Below are positions 18,790-26,591 of a stretch of DNA of 64,000 nucleotides, in pieces. The stretch lies in assembly GCA_016220005.1 (NCBI GenBank), contig JACRIV010000027.1, forward strand, positions 11,151 through 75,150, written 5' to 3'. The notes below the pieces were generated by a model that was not told the origin of the DNA, ran no database searches, and saw only the letters and a program-made list of their open reading frames with translations. Position numbers and translations under genes: made by a program. The stretch comes from Deltaproteobacteria bacterium. Lineage in GTDB: Bacteria > Desulfobacterota > Deferrimicrobia > Deferrimicrobiales > Deferrimicrobiaceae. How positions within the stretch are numbered: position 1 is the stretch's first letter; the number at the start of each line of letters is the position of its first letter.

Positions 18790-18821
18790 ATTGTATACCG
18801 CATTCGCCCCGGGGGGGTCAA
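18790..18821 (-). promoter_or_regulatory. Candidate sigma70 promoter of the porin-cytochrome operon overlapped by a GTATAC box
   Basis: Minus strand TTGACC-N18-TATACA(AT). Confidence 0.45.
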
Positions 18822-18877
18822 CAGAATGTTTTTCAATAAGACGCTTGGTGCCGAGCGGGCAAGGGTTAGATGTATGG

Positions 18878-18915
18878 AAAAGAGCCGGGGCCCCTAAGGG
18901 GAAAGGGGCCCCGGC
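18878..18915 (-). terminator. Rho-independent terminator after the mtrB-like gene
   Basis: GCCGGGGCCCCT-N8-AGGGGCCCCGGC with adjacent A-rich tract on + strand. Confidence 0.75.
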
Positions 18916-18949
18916 GCCACGGACGGGATCAACAGAGGACCCGGGTCCT

Positions 18950-21394
18950 TTAGAACTTGTACACCATGTAGAGCTGACCGACGTGGGCCTCGTACTGCTT
19001 GTAGGTCGCGTCGGCGAAGACGAACCGGGTGGAGTTTTCGGCCGACAGCCCCGCCATGTAGGCATTCAGGTTGTCCCAGGCGAAGTCGTCGAGCTTGTAC
19101 CATTCGAACAGGTAGCTGACCCCCACCGTCAGATTGGCTAAGCATTTGTAGGCCAGATTGGCCTTGATCTCGTGCAGCCGGTTCACCACCGTCGGCCACG
19201 GCTGGGCGACGGCGTTGGCGAGTTTCGCGCCGTCGGTGAAGCCGTTGGCGATCGCCAGGTCCCTGTTCGGATTGAAGGTATTGAAGTCTATCTTGCTGTA
19301 GGACAGGTTGTAGCTCGTATTGAGCGTCAGCTTCGCCGGCATGATCTGGACCGTCGCCCCCACGCCGACGGTGTCCGCCTTCTCGGTGACGTTCGTATTC
19401 CAGTAGTTGAGGGGATTGAAGTTGCCGAAGAGCACCGCTTCGTTGTCCGCCGTGCTGCCGATGTCGAACGCGTCGTCCTTGGCCCCGTTCCTCATCTCGC
19501 TCTTCCGGTACTCCTTGACGTAGTTGGCGAAGAGGGTGAGCCTGTCGGAGGGGTTGTAGGCGACCTCGAACCCGCCGTCGACGTTCTCCGACTTCTTGAG
19601 CCCGAACCGGCTGTCTTCGGCGAACTTGTCGTTCAGGTACTGGGCGAAGAGGGCCACCGTTATGGCCTGCGTCGGGTCGAACTGGAACTTTGCGTCGGCC
19701 ACGTTCCGCTTCCGGTCCGCCCAGTCGTAGTTGACAAGACCTGTCGCCTCGGGATTCGCGGCCGTCTCGCCGGGCTTGTAGCCGTCGACGTTCCTCTTGG
19801 CGTATTTATAGCTCGCCTTCAGACTGCCCGTCTTGAACAGCTTGTAGGTGACGCCGCCCCGGATGCTGTACTCATCCGTCCCGTCGATGCGCAGCTTCTC
19901 CCGGTCCCAGCCTTCCCAGCCGGCCTCGAGAAGGAGAGTCAGGGACTTCGCGACGTGGTAATCGAGGCCGAGCTCGACGTTCCGCCGGGTGAAGCCGAGG
20001 GGTTCGTTCATTACGGGCGCGTTCTTGTCGTTCCTGACCGTTCTCCAGTTGGACTCTCCGAACGCCGCGTAGCCGGGGAACAGGATTTCGTCGGATTTGT
20101 TGTCATAGTCGTAGTAGCGGTACTTGAGCGCCACCTTGAGCGGCGTGACCGGCTTGAAGGCGAGGACGAAGCTCCCCGTCAGGTTCTTCACCTTGCCGTC
20201 CAGGTTGCTCTTGGGAAGGATCGAGGGGTCCGTGATGTTGGCCGGGCCGCCGTCGTCTCCCGCGAGGGCCGAGTTCCGGGTATAGGGGACGAAGGGGTCG
20301 TCCTGGGTGATCCAGCCGTACCCGAGGGTGGCCGAGAACCGGCCGTGCATCGGAAGGTCGGTGGCGGCCGAAAGGGTGAAGTCGTGGGCATCGCTGTCGG
20401 GGACGAGGGAGAGCTGGCCGTTCGCGAAGCGGCCCCGGTTGAACCCGTTCCCCACGATATTGTCGGTTGCGCCGGTCGCCGGGGCGTCGGTGATCCGGAA
20501 GGGGTTGTCCCAGATCAGGGCCAGGTTGTTGTTCTTGAATTTCGTGAAGCTGTACTCGAGGTCGGCCAGCCAGCTCTTCTTGTAGACGCCGGCGCCGGCC
20601 GAAAGGGTCGTGGTGCGGAAGTCGATCGGCTCCGCCAGGTCGGCGCCGCTCACCATGAAGAGGTCGGAGGTGTGCCCGAGCCCGCTTGGGCCCTGTGCGA
20701 ACCGCTCGTAAGTGCCGGCGGTGATCACCCTGGCGCCGGTCCGCTTCTCGTTGGTGACCTTCGCGAAGACCTTTATGTCGCCGGTCACGTTATAGGCGAA
20801 CGAGAAGCCCGCCTTCTCACGCTTCAGCCGGAACGTGATCGGGTCGGCCTCCGCGTACAGTCCCCTCACGATCGCCTGGGCCTGCGCGTCCTCCCCCGTT
20901 GTGTCGACGAGCGGGTTGCCCCCTCGTTCGCCCCGGGTCTGCTCCACCGATTGAAGGCTGTTCTGCACGTTGTCGGCGATGAAGAGCCGGTTGGTGCCTG
21001 CCCCGTTGAACAGCAGGACGCCGTTGCTGAAGTTGTGGGGGATGCTGTCATAGAAGATGTTGTACTTGTAGCTGCCGTGCTTTCCGCCCGTCAGGCTGTA
21101 GAACTCGTTCTCCTGCACCGGGTTCTTGATCTTGACGTCGATGAAGTAGCGCGTGGCGTCCTGATCGAACCGAATTGCGGCGTCGTTTACTAGGAAGCCG
21201 TTCTTGACGTCCCGGTACTCCTCGAACTTCTCGCTCCCGCCGTTGACGTTCTTCTGCTGGACCCCGACGTCGACCAGGCCGCTGGCGGTGCCGCCCGCGG
21301 CCTTGGCGTCCGTCTCCGCCCCGACCGTGCCCGTGAAAAAAATGAGCGGCAGGAGCAAGGCCGCCGCCGTGTAACCGAACCGTTTATGAATCAT
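18950..21394 (-). CDS. MtrB/PioB family decaheme-associated outer-membrane beta-barrel
   Basis: About 815 aa, signal peptide, KFEEYRD, LAEPIDF.T, WDNPF, C-terminal YKF; follows the decaheme gene. Confidence 0.85.
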   Translation of the reverse strand: MIHKRFGYTAAALLLPLIFFTGTVGAETDAKAAGGTASGLVDVGVQQKNVNGGSEKFEEYRDVKNGFLVNDAAIRFDQDATRYFIDVKIKNPVQENEFYSLTGGKHGSYKYNIFYDSIPHNFSNGVLLFNGAGTNRLFIADNVQNSLQSVEQTRGERGGNPLVDTTGEDAQAQAIVRGLYAEADPITFRLKREKAGFSFAYNVTGDIKVFAKVTNEKRTGARVITAGTYERFAQGPSGLGHTSDLFMVSGADLAEPIDFRTTTLSAGAGVYKKSWLADLEYSFTKFKNNNLALIWDNPFRITDAPATGATDNIVGNGFNRGRFANGQLSLVPDSDAHDFTLSAATDLPMHGRFSATLGYGWITQDDPFVPYTRNSALAGDDGGPANITDPSILPKSNLDGKVKNLTGSFVLAFKPVTPLKVALKYRYYDYDNKSDEILFPGYAAFGESNWRTVRNDKNAPVMNEPLGFTRRNVELGLDYHVAKSLTLLLEAGWEGWDREKLRIDGTDEYSIRGGVTYKLFKTGSLKASYKYAKRNVDGYKPGETAANPEATGLVNYDWADRKRNVADAKFQFDPTQAITVALFAQYLNDKFAEDSRFGLKKSENVDGGFEVAYNPSDRLTLFANYVKEYRKSEMRNGAKDDAFDIGSTADNEAVLFGNFNPLNYWNTNVTEKADTVGVGATVQIMPAKLTLNTSYNLSYSKIDFNTFNPNRDLAIANGFTDGAKLANAVAQPWPTVVNRLHEIKANLAYKCLANLTVGVSYLFEWYKLDDFAWDNLNAYMAGLSAENSTRFVFADATYKQYEAHVGQLYMVYKF

Positions 21395-21433
21395 CTGCCG
21401 TTCCTCCATGGAAGGTGTATTCGTCATTCCCTG

Positions 21434-22333
21434 TTAACGCTGCAGGACCGGCCCGGACGGGTTATTGGACCCGTGGACCATCGGGTGGCAGTTCAGGCAG
21501 GACCGGTTGAAGGCGAAGGCGGAGTTCGTGGCGAGTGTTCCCGACTGGTGCCGCCCCTGCATGTGGCACGACTGGCAGAGGCGCGGCACTTTCGCGACCA
21601 GCATCTTGTCGTAGGAAGAACCGTGCGGGGCGTGGCAGGTCAGGCAGTCTTCCTTGACCGGCGAGTGCTCCCAGAGGACCGGGGCCCGTTTCTCGGCGTG
21701 GCACTCGTAGCACTTGTCGTTGAAGGACTTGGCGCTGATCAGTTTTTCGCTCCGGGCGCCGTGGGGATTGTGGCAGGCGGAGCAGCCCATCTTGCCCTCG
21801 CCCGTCGGGGACGAGGAGTCCCGCATCGGGTGCTTGGAACGCTTCAGCATGGAGGCGCGCACCTCGGCGTGGCAGGCGAAGCAGACCTCTTTCTCGTCGG
21901 CCTTGGCGAGGAGCTTGGCCTTGTTGCCGTGGATCTTGTGACAGGTGGCGCAGCCCACTTCCCGGCTGTCATGGACGCTGCCCTTCCAGAACATCTGCCC
22001 CTTGTCCTTGCCGTGGCAGGCGCGGCACGCGGCCGCGGCCGCTTCCGCGCCGATCTTCGCCGGGTTCGAGATCTTGGCCGTGTCGCCCGACTCCACGTGG
22101 GCGCCCGCCGGCCCGTGGCAGGATTCGCATCCGGCGTTCTTCGCCCCGTAATAGGCGGCCTTGGCGTGAATGTTGGCGCGGAAAGACCCGACGAGGTCCT
22201 CGTGGCACTCCTTACACTTGTCGCTGCCGACATAGCCGACGTCGGCGGGGGAAATCCCCGCGTACGCCAGCAGCAGGCAGCCGGCAAGGACCGCAGGCAG
22301 GAAAAGCCGTTTGAGTGTTGCCGTTTCGTTCAT
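21434..22333 (-). CDS. DmsE/MtrA family periplasmic decaheme cytochrome c
   Basis: 10 CxxCH; WEHSPVKEDCLTCHAPHGS and CLNCHPMVHGSNNPSG signatures. Confidence 0.93.
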   Translation of the reverse strand: MNETATLKRLFLPAVLAGCLLLAYAGISPADVGYVGSDKCKECHEDLVGSFRANIHAKAAYYGAKNAGCESCHGPAGAHVESGDTAKISNPAKIGAEAAAAACRACHGKDKGQMFWKGSVHDSREVGCATCHKIHGNKAKLLAKADEKEVCFACHAEVRASMLKRSKHPMRDSSSPTGEGKMGCSACHNPHGARSEKLISAKSFNDKCYECHAEKRAPVLWEHSPVKEDCLTCHAPHGSSYDKMLVAKVPRLCQSCHMQGRHQSGTLATNSAFAFNRSCLNCHPMVHGSNNPSGPVLQR

Positions 22334-22460
22334 CAATCCAACCCTCCTTTTCATGGGCGTGTCGTTTGCCGACACTTGCGGATTATCCGGAAGCATCTGT
22401 TAACGGTGGGCGCTTTGTCGGCGGAGAATAGTGTCCATGGCATATGAAAGAATAAAGTTT

Positions 22461-22477
22461 CGCAAGTCCCGTGCCGG
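22461..22477 (-). promoter_or_regulatory. sigma54 (-24/-12) promoter for the mtrAB-like operon
   Basis: Minus strand CCGGCACGGGACTTGCG fits YGGCACG-N4-TTGC. Confidence 0.8.
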
Positions 22478-22579
22478 CAAGTCGCTTGCGAAGGGCCTTT
22501 TAGTTCGTTCAGTTTTTCAGTTGGTTAGAGGGGTCCGGATGAAGCGGATTCGAGCGGGAGACGAGAGCGCCCCGTCATG

Positions 22580-22627
22580 TGTTTCCCGGGAGAAACATCG
22601 GCGTTCTTATGTTTCGAAACGGAAACG
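22580..22627. promoter_or_regulatory. Tandem upstream activator (enhancer) sites
   Basis: TGTTTC-N6-GAAACA (22580) and TGTTTC-N6-GAAACG (22610), 30 bp apart, 105-150 bp upstream of the sigma54 promoter. Confidence 0.65.
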
Positions 22628-22656
22628 GAACTGGAGCGGCTCCTGCGGGAATCGCC

Positions 22657-24009
22657 TTATCTCTTCAGGCGCTCCCAAAGCGCCTTCCGGCCGATCCCGA
22701 GAAGGCCGGAGGCGCGGGTCCTGCTTCCGCCGACGGCCTGCAGGGCCCGTTGGATGTAATCCGTCTCGAAGCGCTTGACCGCATCTCTCAAGGGGAGGAT
22801 CTCCCCCGGGGCGGGAATGTTCCCGGAGAGCCTCTTCTCCGCGCCCGGGAACTCGGGAGGAAGGTGTTCCGGCCCGATCGTCCCTTCCCGGCAGAGGATG
22901 GACGCCCGCTCCATGACGTTCCACAGCTCGCGCACGTTGCCCGGGAACCGGTGGTCCATGAGCAGCGCCATGGCCTTGTCCGAGACCCGGCAGGCGCCCC
23001 CAAGCTTCTCGAGGAAGTGCTCGACCAGAAGAGGCATGTCCTCCCGCCGCTCCCGCAAGGGAGGCAGCCGGATGGCGAACACGTCCAGGCGGTAGAAGAG
23101 GTCCTCCCGGAAGGTCCCTTCCTCGACCATGGCCTTGAGGTCTTCCCGGTTCGTCGCCGAGACGACGCGGATGTCGACGTGGACGCTCTCGCCGCCGCCG
23201 ATCCTCGCGAAGGAGCGCTCCTGGAGCACCCGCAGGAGCTTCGCCTGGGCGGAGGGAGGCATCTCGGCGATCTCGTCCAGGAAGAGGGTGCCGCCGTGGG
23301 CCTGCTCGATCCTGCCCGTCCGGCGGCGGTCCGCCCCGGTGAACGCCCCCTTCTCGTACCCGAAGAGCTCCGCCTCGAAGAGGCTTTCGGGGATGGCGGT
23401 GCAGTTCAGGGCGACGAAGGGGCCGTCCCTTCTTTTTCCCCTCCGGTGGAGCGCCCGGGCGACCAGCTCCTTGCCGGTCCCGCTTTCGCCGAGGACGAGC
23501 ACGGTGGCGTCCGTCTCGGCCACAAGTGAGATGAGATCGAAGACATCCTGCATCGCCTTGCTCTTGCCGACCAGCTCCTCGAAAAGGGACCGGGAGACGA
23601 TGCGCCGCTTCAGGTCCCGGTTCTCCTCCTCCAGGGACCGGACGCGGAGGACCTTCGCAAGCAGCAGAAGGAACTCGTCCCTCGAGAAGGGCTTCGTCAG
23701 GTAGTCCTCCGCGCCGAGCTTCATCGCCTCCACCGCCGATTCGATGCTGCCGTACCCGGTCATGGTGATCACCGAGGGAGGGGGAAATTTCGTCCTTGCC
23801 TCCCGCAGGACTTCCAGGCCGTCCCTGCCGGGGAGCCTGAGGTCGGTCAGCACCACGTCGAACGGTTCCGACCCGAGCAACCGGATCGCCTCCGCGCCGT
23901 TGTCCGCGCCGCGGACGGCGAATCCCGCGTCCTCCAGGGTGTCCGTCATCGTGAAGCGGAGCCCGGGGTCGTCCTCGACGATAAGGATGCGCTTCCCGCT
24001 AGCGTCCAT
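22657..24009 (-). CDS. sigma54-dependent NtrC-family response regulator
   Basis: REC domain (IVEDD, TDLRLP), GESGTGKE, GAFTGA, FREDLFYRL, Fis-type HTH. Confidence 0.95.
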   Translation of the reverse strand: MDASGKRILIVEDDPGLRFTMTDTLEDAGFAVRGADNGAEAIRLLGSEPFDVVLTDLRLPGRDGLEVLREARTKFPPPSVITMTGYGSIESAVEAMKLGAEDYLTKPFSRDEFLLLLAKVLRVRSLEEENRDLKRRIVSRSLFEELVGKSKAMQDVFDLISLVAETDATVLVLGESGTGKELVARALHRRGKRRDGPFVALNCTAIPESLFEAELFGYEKGAFTGADRRRTGRIEQAHGGTLFLDEIAEMPPSAQAKLLRVLQERSFARIGGGESVHVDIRVVSATNREDLKAMVEEGTFREDLFYRLDVFAIRLPPLRERREDMPLLVEHFLEKLGGACRVSDKAMALLMDHRFPGNVRELWNVMERASILCREGTIGPEHLPPEFPGAEKRLSGNIPAPGEILPLRDAVKRFETDYIQRALQAVGGSRTRASGLLGIGRKALWERLKR

Positions 24010-25516
24010 GGGTCCCTTCCATAAGAAGAGGTCGCGGCAGGGTAATGAAAAATTTCGCCCCTTCGCCCGGACGGGACGACACCGAGATCTTCCCGTCATG
24101 CTGTTCGACGATTTTCCTGCAGACCGCGAGGCCGAGGCCGGTCCCCTTTCCGTTTCCCTTCGTGGTGAAGAACGGCTCGAAGATCCGGCCGTGGTTCTCT
24201 TCCGGGATCCCCTCCCCCGTGTCGGCGATGATCAGGGTCAGGCTGGAGCCGTCTTCGGCGTGGCTGAATTCCAGCCGGCCGCCGGAAGGCATGGCCGCGA
24301 TGGCGTTCATCACGATGTTGACGAGGACCTGCTCCAGCTTGTGGGCGTCCCCGCGGACGGCCAGGGGGGGAAGGCGGTTTTCGACTTCGATCCCGCTCCT
24401 GCCGATCTGGTAATGCAGAAGCTCCAGGGTGTCGGCGACGAGGCGGGAGAGGTCGCACTCGGAAAAGTTCGTCGCATGGACGGTGGAGTAGTCGAGGAGC
24501 TGGGAGACCGCCCGGCGGATCCTTTCGAGGCTCTCCCCGGCCACCTTCAGGTACCGGTCCCGCTTCCGGGGGGGCAGGGACTCCTTCGCCAGCGCCCCGA
24601 TGCTGTGCATCGCGCCGGTCAAGGGGCTGTTGATCTCATGGGCGATCCCCGCCGCCAGGGTCCCGATCGTCGCCATCTTCTCCGTCCTCGCCAGAAGCTC
24701 CCGGGTCTTCACCCGCTCGATCTCCTCCTTCCTCAGCCGGTCCACCATGATCCGGTAGCTGTCCTGGAGGTCGCCGAGCTCGTCGTTCCGTTCCGGGAGA
24801 GGCATGGGTTCGAGCCTCCCCAGGTGAACGGAATTGAGGGCGTTCACCAGCCGGCGGATCGGCCTCGCCATGACCCGGGCGGCGACGAAGAGGAAGAAGA
24901 TCATGAGGGCCGCCGCGGAAATCGTGAGGACGAGGACCTTCCTTTTCAGCCCGCGGATCTCTTCGGCCAGCCCCGAAAGGGAATAGCCCAGGCGAAGGGT
25001 GCCGAACCGCTTGGAGGAGACGTTCAGCGGGGTCGCCACGTCGATCACCCCGCCCTCGAACGGATCCCCCACGGAGGAGAGGATCATCCCCGTCGCGGCC
25101 AGCGCCTTCCTGGACAAGGGATCGTCGAGCCGCTTGTGGAACTGCGTCAGGTCGCTGTGGGACAGGACGTGTCCCTCGGGATCGAGGACCATGGCATAGG
25201 AGACGTGCATATCTCTGTTGCCCGCCATGCGGGAAATGTAAAGGTCCAGAAGGCCCGACTCCGCCACCAGGCCGGTCTCTTCGTAGAGCAGGATCTGCGT
25301 GAAAGGGAGCTTCATCGAGGCGGCCAGGGTCCGCGCCGCCTGCTCCTTCCTTTGAAGGAGGTGGCGCTTCTCCGCGTCGACGAGGAAGAAATGGAGGGCC
25401 AAGGCGATGACGAGGGTCGCAGCGGCCCCCACGGCCATGAACTTTCCCGCGAGGGAGGAAAAGGGGCGCCTTATTTTTCCAAAAAGGGGTTCGAGGCGTG
25501 ACAACGGATGCCGCAT
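23999..25516 (-). CDS. HAMP-domain sensor histidine kinase
   Basis: Two TM helices, HAMP (NDELGDL), H-box AHEINSPL, N/G1/F/G2 boxes; start uncertain. Confidence 0.92.
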   Translation of the reverse strand: MRHPLSRLEPLFGKIRRPFSSLAGKFMAVGAAATLVIALALHFFLVDAEKRHLLQRKEQAARTLAASMKLPFTQILLYEETGLVAESGLLDLYISRMAGNRDMHVSYAMVLDPEGHVLSHSDLTQFHKRLDDPLSRKALAATGMILSSVGDPFEGGVIDVATPLNVSSKRFGTLRLGYSLSGLAEEIRGLKRKVLVLTISAAALMIFFLFVAARVMARPIRRLVNALNSVHLGRLEPMPLPERNDELGDLQDSYRIMVDRLRKEEIERVKTRELLARTEKMATIGTLAAGIAHEINSPLTGAMHSIGALAKESLPPRKRDRYLKVAGESLERIRRAVSQLLDYSTVHATNFSECDLSRLVADTLELLHYQIGRSGIEVENRLPPLAVRGDAHKLEQVLVNIVMNAIAAMPSGGRLEFSHAEDGSSLTLIIADTGEGIPEENHGRIFEPFFTTKGNGKGTGLGLAVCRKIVEQHDGKISVSSRPGEGAKFFITLPRPLLMEGTHGR

Positions 25517-26409
25517 CCCTTGGGAATGGAGATGATTTTATTGTAAAGAAAATCGTAGTCCTCGTCGCGGGCGCGCACGAACCCGTGCCGGAGCTCCGGC
25601 CCCAGGTCCGCGAGCGCTGCCCGGCCCTCCGGGTTGTTCCCGTTGATCGACAGAAGGGCCTTCGTCAGCGCCCTCTCCGCATCCTCGGGGAGGGTGGGTC
25701 CCGCGGCGATCGGCGCATTGGGGAGCTCTTCCGACATGGCGATGATCCGCAGCCCCTGCCGCTGGTACTTCCAGGCGACCACGTCCTTGACGGCGCCGAC
25801 CTCGTAGATCCCCTTGAGGACCGCCCTGGCGACCTCTTCATGGTTGTGGAGATTCCGTACGTCCTTGAGCTGGCAGGGAGTCACGCCGGCGCCGGCGAGC
25901 ATGTAGCGGGGGATCAGGCTCCCCGTGGTGGAGCGCCTGGCGCCGAAGGCCACGGTCTTCCCCTTGATGTCGGCGATGGTCCTGATCGGACTGTCATTGC
26001 GGACGATGAAGCAGCACCGGTAGGTCGGTCTCCCCTGGGCGTTCAGCGGCTTGACGAGGGCGCGGGCCCCGAAGCGGTGCCTTGCGAGGGTGTAGGTCGC
26101 CCCGCCCAGGTAGGCGACGCCGGTGACCCCCTTCTCCAGGTCCGCGATCGCCTCCTTGTAGGTCCGGCCGAGGCGGAGCTCGAAACGATAAGGGGTCGTC
26201 CGGCTGAGATAATCCATGAGCGGCTGGTAATATTCGTACATGACGTGGGGGTTGAAGCGTGGGATGACCCCGAATAAGATAGTCCTCTTCCCCGAATTAT
26301 CCGCAGGGACCGCCAAGGCGGGCAAGAGGAGAAGAAAAACGACAAGAATAATTTCTGACAGACCCAAACGGGCCGGGATCGGTTGCTTTTTTCCGGATCG
26401 GTACCCCAT
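25471..26409 (-). CDS. PhnD/phosphonate-type periplasmic binding protein, orphan (no permease); likely sensory
   Basis: FGVIPRFNP, DIKGKTVAFG..STTGSLIP motifs; overlaps the kinase gene; C-terminal CGIRCH. Confidence 0.8.
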   Translation of the reverse strand: MGYRSGKKQPIPARLGLSEIILVVFLLLLPALAVPADNSGKRTILFGVIPRFNPHVMYEYYQPLMDYLSRTTPYRFELRLGRTYKEAIADLEKGVTGVAYLGGATYTLARHRFGARALVKPLNAQGRPTYRCCFIVRNDSPIRTIADIKGKTVAFGARRSTTGSLIPRYMLAGAGVTPCQLKDVRNLHNHEEVARAVLKGIYEVGAVKDVVAWKYQRQGLRIIAMSEELPNAPIAAGPTLPEDAERALTKALLSINGNNPEGRAALADLGPELRHGFVRARDEDYDFLYNKIISIPKGCGIRCHASNPFLEK

Positions 26410-26591
26410 GCTTTTCGCCCCGGAATAGTATACCCGCGTCGGGGGCGGGAGACGGAATTTATCGATTCCGGGAAAGATTGATTTTAATGCCCGGTTTGCG
26501 TATCATGATGCCGTTTTCCACATGAAGACTGCCGACAGTATCCGCAACGCAATGCCTGCACATTTCGCCCGTCAAGGGAAGGAGGAGACAC

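Noticed and set aside
18426..18880. c-di-GMP/c-AMP-GMP (GEMM) riboswitch upstream of the cytochrome operon
   Set aside because: I could not find the GGCAAA..GAAA..GACGCAAA core on the minus strand; an Infernal scan would be decisive.
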